The notes beneath the pieces were generated by a model, which was given only the letters and a program-made list of their open reading frames with translations, was not told the origin of the DNA and made no database searches. This document shows positions 51,363-59,314 of a stretch of DNA of 64,000 nucleotides, in pieces (position 1 is the stretch's first letter; every line of letters starts with the position of its first letter). The stretch is from Escherichia coli (lineage in GTDB: Bacteria; Pseudomonadota; Gammaproteobacteria; Enterobacterales; Enterobacteriaceae). The position numbers were made by a program, and so were the translations under genes. The DNA is taken from the NCBI RefSeq assembly GCF_050320075.1, contig NZ_CP190018.1. One strand, written 5' to 3'.

Positions 51363-51457
51363 GCAAGTATGAATGCGAGACGCTGGCAACTGAGAATGCG
51401 AAGCTGAAGACAGCACTCCCTCAACTGTTCGGGAAAGCTGAAGGAGCGACAAAATGA
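51359..51457 (+). CDS. 32-aa ORF bridging two ATGA overlaps.
   Basis: MSKYECETLATENAKLKTALPQLFGKAEGATK, supported only by the coupling geometry. Confidence 0.25.
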   Translation: MSKYECETLATENAKLKTALPQLFGKAEGATK

Positions 51458-51675
51458 GCAAGCCAACCGACGAAGAAATAGTTCGGGTGTTGGAAGAACA
51501 CGGGCGCTGTATGACTTACGTCGTGACCAACTGGCTTAGGGATAAATATCGCACACTCAAAACGGCATACGTTTTGCGTCGTCTAAAGAAACTGGAGTTC
51601 GACGGGAAAGTAAAGCGTGTTACCAGTTCTTATATAAGACAAATTTGCTGGGAGGCAACCAGTGAGCAAGATTGA
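51454..51675 (+). CDS. Small winged-helix-like DNA-binding protein.
   Basis: 73 aa; EIVRVLEEHGRCMTYVVTNWLRDKYRTLKTAYVLRRLKKLEFDGKVKR has a wHTH-like pattern. Confidence 0.45.
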   Translation: MSKPTDEEIVRVLEEHGRCMTYVVTNWLRDKYRTLKTAYVLRRLKKLEFDGKVKRVTSSYIRQICWEATSEQD

Positions 51676-52261
51676 CTATCAGGCACTGCGTGATGTGGCA
51701 GTGAAAGCCGGTGAAGATAAGTGGCAGGCTAAAAAAATAAACGGTGATTTTTTCGTTATTCGTCAAGGTAGTTATACAAGACAGCATGGCTACACATCGT
51801 ATCAACCCATTGCGGAGATTGATTGTAAGCCAGTCCGGGATTTTGTTGCCAGGGCTAATCCGGCTACCGTGCTGGCTCTGCTGGATGAACTGGAAGCAGC
51901 AAAACAGCATATCGCCGAGTTGGAGTCTCGCATCGTCACCGCTGCCGCCGCTGACGTACTGGCTGAGCGCCAGCGTCAGGTCACCGTAGAGGGCTGGACA
52001 CCTGAACGTGATGATGAATACACCGATGGGGAACTTCCGAGGGCCGCGAGCTGTTATGCGCTAATGGCATGGCGCGAGGAGTGTCTGAGCGATGGTGAGT
52101 ATACCGCCAGCCAGAAAGCCATTCCGTATTACTGGCCATGGGATCCGGCATGGTGGAAACCCATCGACCCGCGGTGTGACCTGGTAAAAGCTGGCGCGTT
52201 AATTCTGGCAGAAATCGAACGCATCGACCGTGCCGCTGGCATTCGCACCAAAGGAGAGTGA
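51662..52261 (+). CDS. Phage Ead/Ea22-like protein with a DUF550-like C-terminal domain.
   Basis: ANPATVLALLDELEAAKQHIAELE is the Ea22-family hallmark. The C-terminal VTVEGWTPERDDEYTDGELPRAA...YWPWDPAWWKP resembles DUF550. GTG start. Confidence 0.6.
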   Translation: MSKIDYQALRDVAVKAGEDKWQAKKINGDFFVIRQGSYTRQHGYTSYQPIAEIDCKPVRDFVARANPATVLALLDELEAAKQHIAELESRIVTAAAADVLAERQRQVTVEGWTPERDDEYTDGELPRAASCYALMAWREECLSDGEYTASQKAIPYYWPWDPAWWKPIDPRCDLVKAGALILAEIERIDRAAGIRTKGE

Positions 52262-52262
52262 T

Positions 52263-52778
52263 ATGGCGTTAACACACCGCGAACTCTGTCAGATTGCGTA
52301 CAAGTTCCTTAAGCGCAACGGGTTCAAGGTTTGTTTTCATGACCGCTTTATAGCTGTAACCAGTACCGGAGAACAACCAGATGCTATGGGATTCAGAAAT
52401 TCAGCATCATGCCTGATAGAGGCGAAGTGTTCTCGTGCTGACTTGTTGGCAGACAGAAAAAAGCGTTTTCGTAAAAATCCGTCTCTTGGAATGGGCGACT
52501 GGCGATTCTTTATTAGTGAGCCGGGAATTATTTCAGTTGAGGATTTACCACCTGGCTGGGGATTACTTCACGTTGTTAACGGAAGAGTACGGAAAGTACA
52601 TGGGTGGCCCAGGGGTAATTGCTGTTGGGGTAATCCTGACGATAAGCCATTTACTGGAAATAAGCAGGTTGAATGCGATTACATGTTATCTGCATTAAGG
52701 CGAATGGAGTTGAGAGGGCACCTTAATGAAATATATGACGGTGTAATTGTTAATAAGAAAGAAGGAAACGCGGCATGA
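52263..52778 (+). CDS. PD-(D/E)XK-type nuclease-like protein (MmcB-like).
   Basis: EQPDAMGF...CLIEAKCSRADLLAD fits a D...E-x-K motif. 171 aa. Confidence 0.45.
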   Translation: MALTHRELCQIAYKFLKRNGFKVCFHDRFIAVTSTGEQPDAMGFRNSASCLIEAKCSRADLLADRKKRFRKNPSLGMGDWRFFISEPGIISVEDLPPGWGLLHVVNGRVRKVHGWPRGNCCWGNPDDKPFTGNKQVECDYMLSALRRMELRGHLNEIYDGVIVNKKEGNAA

Positions 52779-53188
52779 TCACTATTACCAAAGAGCGACT
52801 GCTGACAATCAAGCAGTGGCGCGAAACATACGGACCGGGTAGCAACGTTGTACTGCCAGCAGAAGAAGCGGAAGAACTGGCACGGATTGCACTGGCATCG
52901 CTGGAAGCGGAACCGGTGGCGTGGATGTGTGATGACGAAGATGGTCGTGAATATAACGGTCATAACGAGTTTTCTTATGGAAGACGCGGGATTCCCCTTT
53001 ACGCCGTCCCGCCAGCGCCGAATGGATTGGTTAAAGCCGTGGCTTTCTATGAGCAGGTTAAACGTGAAAATCCGCCAGTTGAAACGGGAGCATGGAAAGA
53101 TGCCGTTGACTGGGTGCTTAAACAAGCTTGTCAGTCTGTAAACACTGGCATCAATGAAAGAAGAACAATTGAAGAAAATGACGATTGA
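52775..53188 (+). CDS. Hypothetical phage-type protein.
   Basis: 137 aa, with ATGA coupling to the upstream gene. Confidence 0.5.
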   Translation: MITITKERLLTIKQWRETYGPGSNVVLPAEEAEELARIALASLEAEPVAWMCDDEDGREYNGHNEFSYGRRGIPLYAVPPAPNGLVKAVAFYEQVKRENPPVETGAWKDAVDWVLKQACQSVNTGINERRTIEENDD

Positions 53189-53240
53189 GCTGGAAGCTGC
53201 AAAAAAGCGCATTGCTGAACTGGAGGAGCGTCGGTCATGA
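53154..53240 (+). CDS. 28-aa Ea22-motif mini-ORF, possibly a fragment.
   Basis: MKEEQLKKMTIELEAAKKRIAELEERRS. Its stop overlaps the next ATG. Confidence 0.25.
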   Translation: MKEEQLKKMTIELEAAKKRIAELEERRS

Positions 53241-53452
53241 GAAAAATCAGTGGAATGTTGAACCTGGAGAAGGCCAGGATGCAGTTGCATGTTTTGTTAT
53301 CAGGACCGGTTCCTGCAATCACTCCGATGGCGCATGCCGTGGCAATAAAAGTTGTGCTTGATGCTCTGGATGCGAGTGAGCGGAGGGTGGCAGAACTGGA
53401 ACAGGCCTGCGCTGCCGCTGGCATTCGTATCAAAGGGGAACAAGTGAAATGA
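53237..53452 (+). CDS. Hypothetical phage-type protein.
   Basis: 71 aa ending AAGIRIKGEQVK, similar to the ...AAGIRTKGE end of the 199-aa Ea22-like protein. Confidence 0.45.
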   Translation: MRKISGMLNLEKARMQLHVLLSGPVPAITPMAHAVAIKVVLDALDASERRVAELEQACAAAGIRIKGEQVK

Positions 53453-53670
53453 AACTGAAGATGCAGGCAATGGACGGCCCGGTGATTATAGAAAGTAGTG
53501 ATGTGACACAGTTTTACCCTGACCATGAAAGTGGCGGGGAACTCACAGCTGTTGAGTACCTTGCTGACGGGGGAAGAATCACCGCGAGGGTGAGGCACTC
53601 TTTTTATCAGGTTGCTGCGGCACTTGCCGGGGCATGGCGTGCGGATGATGCGTCAAAAAGCGGTGGGTGA
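53449..53670 (+). CDS. Hypothetical small protein.
   Basis: 73 aa with ATGA coupling. Confidence 0.45.
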   Translation: MKLKMQAMDGPVIIESSDVTQFYPDHESGGELTAVEYLADGGRITARVRHSFYQVAAALAGAWRADDASKSGG

Positions 53671-53930
53671 GGACTGTGCCGGAATGAGTGTCTGTTCCGA
53701 AGCTGCTGAGCCGCGACATAAATTTTTTATGTTGCGGTGAAGCAGCCGACAAACGAAGAGCGTCAGCGTATCAACAGTTAAGGAAAATATCTTCTGAAGC
53801 CGGACGCGACAGTCAGTCCGGTGGTGCTCGTGTGGTGAAGTGTTTAGCCTGCATCTTTGACAGGGTTCAGTTATAAGCATTTCGGAAACCGTTCCCCGGC
53901 GCAGTCTGCCGGGATTTAAGGAGTTTATTT

Positions 53931-55196
53931 ATGGCGCTACCTGCAGAAAGCCTTATTGCGCATACGCTCAGAAAAATGAAGGCCAGCATGGCAGAGAAAG
54001 CCAGTCGTGAGGACGGGAGGATACGCAGTGGGCTGTTGTTTACCGGCAATGTTCACGATTCGTATCCCCGCAGGCTGTTGCTGGATACGCGCCTTTCTCC
54101 CCTGGATAAAACTGCGTGGATGATGATTCGTCTGCATGCCCTGAATAATGAGGGCGCAGTCTTTCCGACGTACGATGAACTGCAGTTACAACTGGCATCT
54201 CCCGGCTGCGGGAAGGCGTCCCGTGAAACAGTGAGCCGTGTGCTGACAATGCTGCGGCTTACGGGCTGGCTGAGTCTGTGTAAGCGGGTCAGGGATGAAA
54301 AAGGGCGGGTCCGGGGGAATATTTACGCCCTGCATGATGAGCCACTGACCTGCTGTGATGCAGAAAAGTTTGACCCACGATACCTGGATATGGTTCTGGA
54401 TACTGTGAGCAGGAGCCGGAACAAGACAATCCGGCACACAGCCAGTGAAGTGCTCAGCGATATCAAAAATGAGCCCGGTATGCGGCATTACCACAGCCAT
54501 ATCACTCTGTTTGAATCGCGTATGGGGGCTGCACAGACGCCGGTTCAGCTGGCGGCGCGTCAGCGGGTGAACCCGATGGTGAATGAAAACACAGGCAGAG
54601 AGAGTGGTTCGGATTCCGTACATACCCCTGCACCTGTCGTGCAGGTAAACGAACTCAGTGATCCATTAATCGAACTCAGTGAAAAACAGGAAATGAGCCC
54701 ACTCAGTTCGGATTCCGTACCACCTGGAAAATCAGCAACTTATCACTCAGTTCGGAAAACGAACAATTACGTACGTAATATCACACACAGTGTGATTAAA
54801 AATACGTACGTATTGCCTGAGTCGGTGAAATCGCAAATCAGCGCAGAAGACACGGACATGCTGACAAAACAACTGCAGGCATTGCCGGAAGAACTGGCAG
54901 GTAGTGTGCTGAGCAGCCTGTCACAGATGCTCAGCAAAAACACGCTCCAGAATCCGGTTGGCTGGATGCTGGCTGTGATGAAACGTGCGCGTGAGGGGCG
55001 TTTTAATACGCCGGATATGTCCGTGCATGAATCCCGGTCGCCAGCCCGTGCACCATATCAGCCAGTGTACAACCGTGATGAACGTGAACGTCGTCGCGGG
55101 AAAGTGGCGTCACCTGAAACGGTGAGCAACATTGTCGCAGAATTCCGGGCCAGCCTGAAACGTGCAAATGCTGCCCGTCTGGCGGCGCGTGTTTGA
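53931..55196 (+). CDS. Winged-helix Rep-like island protein. From memory of NCBI naming it may be the 'STY4528 family pathogenicity island replication protein'.
   Basis: 421 aa. LSPLDKTAWMMIRLHALNNEGAVFPTYDELQLQLASPGCGKASRETVSRVLTMLRLTGWLSL has a wHTH pattern. The stop codon abuts the 36-bp repeat array. Confidence 0.6.
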   Translation: MALPAESLIAHTLRKMKASMAEKASREDGRIRSGLLFTGNVHDSYPRRLLLDTRLSPLDKTAWMMIRLHALNNEGAVFPTYDELQLQLASPGCGKASRETVSRVLTMLRLTGWLSLCKRVRDEKGRVRGNIYALHDEPLTCCDAEKFDPRYLDMVLDTVSRSRNKTIRHTASEVLSDIKNEPGMRHYHSHITLFESRMGAAQTPVQLAARQRVNPMVNENTGRESGSDSVHTPAPVVQVNELSDPLIELSEKQEMSPLSSDSVPPGKSATYHSVRKTNNYVRNITHSVIKNTYVLPESVKSQISAEDTDMLTKQLQALPEELAGSVLSSLSQMLSKNTLQNPVGWMLAVMKRAREGRFNTPDMSVHESRSPARAPYQPVYNRDERERRRGKVASPETVSNIVAEFRASLKRANAARLAARV

Positions 55197-55197
55197 T

Positions 55198-56130
55198 GTT
55201 AAAAATCACACGGTGTTGCCAGTGGCAACAGCGATTAAAAAATGTACGGTGTTGCCAGTGGCAACAGTGGTTAAAAAATGTGCGGTGTTGCCAGTGGCAA
55301 CAGTGGTTAAAAAATGTGCGGTGTTGCCAGTGGCAACAGTGGTTAAAAAGTGTACGGTGTTGCCAGTGGCAACAGTGGTTAAAAAATATCCGGTGTTGCC
55401 AGTGGCAACAGTGGTTAAAAAATATCCGGTGTTGCCAGTGGCAACAGTGATTAAAAATCGCGCGGTGTTGCCAGAGGCAACAGTGGTTAAAAAGTGTGCG
55501 GTGTTGCCAGTGGCAACAGTGGTTAAAAAGTGTACGGTGTTGCCAGTGGCAACAGTGGTTAAAAAATGTGCGGTGTTGCCAGTGGCAACAGTGGTTAAAA
55601 AGTGTGCGGTGTTGCCAGTGGCAACAGTGGTTAAAAAATGTGCGGTGTTGCCAGAGGCAACAGTGGTTAAAAAGTGTACGGTGTTGCCAGTGGCAACAGT
55701 GGTTAAGAAATATACGGTGTTGCCAGTGGCAACAGTGGTTAAAAAGTGTGCGGTGTTGCCAGTGGCAACAGTGGTTAAAAAGTGTACGGTGTTGCCAGTG
55801 GCAACAGTGGTTAAAAAATGTGCGGTGTTGCCAGTGGCAACAGTGGTTAAAAAGCGTGCGGTGTTGCCAGTGGCAACGGTGGTTAAAAAATGTGCGGTGT
55901 TGCCAGTGGCAACAGTGGTTAAAAAGTGTACGGTGTTGCCAGTGGCAACAGTGGTTAAGAAATATACGGTGTTGCCAGTGGCAACAGTGATTAAAAATTG
56001 CGCGGTGTTGCCAGAGGCAACAGTGGTTAAAAAGTGTGCGGTGTTGCCAGTGGCAATAGTGATTAAAAATTGTACGGTGTTGGCAGTGCCAACAGTGATT
56101 AAAAATTGTACTGAGTTGGCACTGCCAACA
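55198..56130. repeat. Array of 26 tandem 36-bp repeats, each with a 7-bp inverted repeat core. It is a candidate centromere (sopC-like) or iteron origin.
   Basis: Unit GGTGTTGCCAGTGGCAACAGTGGTTAAAAARTGTRC with an exact 36-bp register starting at 55212. The core is TGTTGCCA-G-TGGCAACA. See findings. Confidence 0.95.
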
Positions 56131-56234
56131 TGACGTAATTTCAGTCATTCCTTTTTTTATTTTTGATTGTCAGATCTCCGTCTGCAGGCTGACTATTTCA
56201 GCCCGATATCCTTTTCTTTTGCCGGAGATATAAC

Positions 56235-56960
56235 ATGTCTGAAGAACAAATGAAGGAACCCGCATCCCGTCGTGTAGGTGCGCTTACTTCACCAGTGAAT
56301 ATCGAGTTGCACTCCCGTTATGCAATCATGCTGTGGGAAGGGAGACGAGGCACGAAAAGTAAAAGTGCTGAAGATCGCAGGGCAGCGAAAATAATGAGTA
56401 TGCCGGAAGCTATTAAGATGACTGGCGGCCTCTACAGAGATTCTCTTGCTGATAATCCCTATGCGGATGAAACGATGTGGAAAGTTGAAAATGCGATTGT
56501 TGAGGCAACCGATAAAATTAATGCTGAAGTTCGTGTACTTGAAGGGATCCTCAGAAATATTCCGTCAGTGATCACTGTCCGGGATGCTCTTTCTCGTTCT
56601 CCTGTCGATATTGGGGTTTTCAGCCGCTCTCCTCTGGGCTACCGCTGTGTATGGCTTCTTGTCGGGTATGATCAGCTTGCATTAAAAACGTTTCAGGCAG
56701 CACATCTGGGGCTTATTTCACGAAACAGGCGTGATGAGTTGTTGTCTTCTGGTGCGCATCTTATCCGCAAAATTTACGGTATTCTGCAGGGGTATCGCAC
56801 TATGGCGGTAACTCGGGATGATATTGAGAATAAAACAGAAAAGGCAGAGAAAGCTATTGCCCGTTATGGTATGCCTCATGATGATATTCTATCCGGTAAG
56901 CTCAGATCTTCATTTTCTCCGCCCCTGAACCGTAAGTCCCGTGATGCATCCCGGCAATGA
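56235..56960 (+). CDS. Conserved-looking ICE protein of unknown function.
   Basis: 241-aa ORF between the repeat array and topB. It is followed by a GAGGAG RBS for topB. Confidence 0.6.
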   Translation: MSEEQMKEPASRRVGALTSPVNIELHSRYAIMLWEGRRGTKSKSAEDRRAAKIMSMPEAIKMTGGLYRDSLADNPYADETMWKVENAIVEATDKINAEVRVLEGILRNIPSVITVRDALSRSPVDIGVFSRSPLGYRCVWLLVGYDQLALKTFQAAHLGLISRNRRDELLSSGAHLIRKIYGILQGYRTMAVTRDDIENKTEKAEKAIARYGMPHDDILSGKLRSSFSPPLNRKSRDASRQ

Positions 56961-56976
56961 CAGGTGAGGAGAATTC

Positions 56977-58995
56977 ATGCGTCTCTTTTTGTGTGAGAAA
57001 CCTTCACAGGCCGGTGATATAGCCAGAGTACTTGGGGCTGCCAGACGTGTTGATGGTGCGATTGAAGGTAAGGACTTTGTTGTGACCTGGGCCTTTGGTC
57101 ACTTGCTGGAGCAGGCGCCACCGGAGGCGTATGGTGAGCAGTTTGGCAGTCCCTGGAAAATTGACGTTTTGCCGGTCTTTCCTGAACAGTGGCAGATGGT
57201 GGTGAAGGATAATGTCGGGAAGCAGTTTAATGTGATCAGCCGCCTTCTCCGTAAGGCTGATGAAGTGGTGATTGCCACTGACGCCGATCGTGAAGGCGAA
57301 ATTATCGCAAGGGAACTGCTGGATTATTGTGGTTATACCGGCGTTGTGCGCCGTCTCTGGCTGTCCGCACTGGATGAGAGCAGTATCAGGGAGGCGCTGG
57401 GCAGGATACTGCCCGGAGAGGAGACCGAGAAGTTATATGAAGCCGGTAAGGGACGCAGCCGGGCTGACTGGCTGACGGGGATCAACCTGACGCGTCTGTA
57501 TACCCTGAAAGCCAGGGAGTGTGGTGTGTCCGGCGTCCTCTCTGTTGGCAGGGTGCAGACGCCCACGCTTGCGATGGTGGTCAGACGGGATGCAGAAATC
57601 AAAAATTTTATTCCGGTACCTTACTGGCAACTGTATCTCTGGCTGGAGAAGGACAATGTGCGTTTTCGTACCTCCTGGATTGCGGCAGCGCAGTACTGCG
57701 ATACTGAAAAACGGTGTGTGAATGTGCAGGCGGCAACAGCCGTCCTGTCACAGTGTCGTCAGGCCGGTGTTGCTGTTGTCAGGGATGTCAGCAGCAGACG
57801 GGAGAAAAAGCAGCCTCCGCTGTGTTTTTCGCTCGGAACGCTGCAGGAGGTCTGTTCGCGCAAATTTGGCCTCGGCGCGCAGGCCGTTCTTGATATAGCC
57901 CAGTCGCTGTACGAAAAGCATAAGGCGACAACATATCCGCGTACAGATTGCGGTTATCTGCCTGTGTCGATGTACAAAGAAGTGCCTGACGTACTGGCAG
58001 CGCTGGAAAAAACCGATCCGGATATTGCCCCGGAGCTGGCAAAACTCAGTCCTGATATTGTGTCGGGGATCTGGAACGACAGGAAGATCACCGCGCATCA
58101 TGCGATAATCCCCACCCGTCAGCCGTTTAATATTGGGGCGCTGAGTGATAATGAGCTTAAGGTGTACCGGTTAATTCGTCAGCATTATCTGGCTCAGTTT
58201 TTACCCGTTCAGGAGCTGGATGTCACAGAGGCCACTTTTCTTGTTGCGGGGCAGTTGTTTGGAACGCGGGGGCGAGTGGAGGTTGTCAGGGGATGGCGTG
58301 CGCTTTTTGTGTCAGATTCGGCGGGAGAGGAAGAGGATGTTGCAGACGATGAGCAGGCGATGCCCCTTCCCGTACTGGCAAAAGGCGATGAATGTCGTCC
58401 TGCTGAAGCTGAACTCAAAGAGATGCAGACCACGCCACCGCGTCATTATACGGAAGGCACGCTGATTGCGGCGATGAAAAACGCTGCGGGGATGGTGAGT
58501 GATCCGGCACTGAAAAAAGTGTTACGCGAAAATGCGGGGCTGGGCACTGAAGCGACCCGCGCAGAAATACTGGAAACGTTGTTCACCCGCAAATATATCG
58601 AGAAGCAGGGTAAGCATATCCGTGCCACGCAACTGGGGGCGGAGCTGATAGCGGGATTGCCGGAGGCGCTGACCAGTCCGGGGACAACGGCGCTGTGGGA
58701 ACAGGCTCTGGATGATATTGCACAGGGTAAACTGTCACTGTCGTCATTTATGGAAAAGCAGAAACAGTGGCTTAACCACCTGGTGGCCGGTGCAAGGCAG
58801 CAGCAACTGCAGATCACGGCACCGGTTACGCCGGCATGCCCTCTTTGTGGGAGCAGAATGCGGAAAGTGAAGATGAAAAGCGGGAAAGGGGAATTCTGGA
58901 GCTGCCAGCGTTATCCGGAGTGTAAGGGAGTGATTTCAGAGCAGAAACCGACATCCGGGAAACGGGGCGGCAGAAAAATTAAAAAGCATGGATGA
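56977..58995 (+). CDS. topB: DNA topoisomerase III (type IA).
   Basis: Toprim motifs MRLFLCEKPSQ and TDADREGE. The active-site region is TTYPRTDCGYL. A C-terminal zinc ribbon reads CPLCGSRM...FWSCQRYPECKG. Confidence 0.9.
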   Translation: MRLFLCEKPSQAGDIARVLGAARRVDGAIEGKDFVVTWAFGHLLEQAPPEAYGEQFGSPWKIDVLPVFPEQWQMVVKDNVGKQFNVISRLLRKADEVVIATDADREGEIIARELLDYCGYTGVVRRLWLSALDESSIREALGRILPGEETEKLYEAGKGRSRADWLTGINLTRLYTLKARECGVSGVLSVGRVQTPTLAMVVRRDAEIKNFIPVPYWQLYLWLEKDNVRFRTSWIAAAQYCDTEKRCVNVQAATAVLSQCRQAGVAVVRDVSSRREKKQPPLCFSLGTLQEVCSRKFGLGAQAVLDIAQSLYEKHKATTYPRTDCGYLPVSMYKEVPDVLAALEKTDPDIAPELAKLSPDIVSGIWNDRKITAHHAIIPTRQPFNIGALSDNELKVYRLIRQHYLAQFLPVQELDVTEATFLVAGQLFGTRGRVEVVRGWRALFVSDSAGEEEDVADDEQAMPLPVLAKGDECRPAEAELKEMQTTPPRHYTEGTLIAAMKNAAGMVSDPALKKVLRENAGLGTEATRAEILETLFTRKYIEKQGKHIRATQLGAELIAGLPEALTSPGTTALWEQALDDIAQGKLSLSSFMEKQKQWLNHLVAGARQQQLQITAPVTPACPLCGSRMRKVKMKSGKGEFWSCQRYPECKGVISEQKPTSGKRGGRKIKKHG

Positions 58996-59015
58996 TGATT
59001 ACATGCTTTTTTTTA
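58982..59015 (+). terminator. Rho-independent terminator of topB.
   Basis: AAAAGCATG-gatgatgatta-CATGCTTTT followed by a T-run. It overlaps the topB stop. Confidence 0.7.
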
Positions 59016-59218
59016 TTTGTTAAAGTACATACGCTTTGATGTATACCCCCGTTATCAGCGGGAAACAGAGTGGCGATTAAACAACGGCGTTGCTCTGTTT
59101 CTGATACAGCAACGACCACTGCGTCCGGTTGTGTTGCAAGGCGCACGAACTCCGTGAAAACCGCGTCGGGAGTGATCCCCGGAGAAAAGTGAGATAACCT
59201 CAGGGCTGGTAACCCGTG

Positions 59219-59248
59219 ACGGCGCTGAATTTTCAGCGCCGTTTTTTA
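59219..59248 (+). terminator. Strong rho-independent terminator inside the topB-ssb intergenic region.
   Basis: ACGGCGCTGA-attt-TCAGCGCCGT followed by TTTTTTA. Confidence 0.75.
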
Positions 59249-59314
59249 TTGGTGTTTTCTGCTTGACTTTATTTATGGCTGTTTTAAAAATGAGCATGCT
59301 AAATAGCTGCTTTG

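Noticed and set aside
55198-56130. Possible CRISPR array, given a 36-bp repeat length and palindromic core.
   Set aside because: The period equals the repeat length, so there are no unique spacers between repeats. No cas genes or leader are present.
55003-56148. Long ORFs through the 36-bp array in several frames. These are a 381-aa minus-strand ORF with CCHWQHRTLFNH repeats, a 323-aa plus-strand ORF with VLPVATVVKKCA repeats, and two more plus-strand ORFs.
   Set aside because: 36 bp equals 12 codons and the unit happens to lack stops in four frames, so any tandem array of it stays open. There is no RBS, the products are pure repeats, and the minus-strand ORF overlaps the end of the Rep-like gene. 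The reciprocal dyad changes point to selection at the DNA level.
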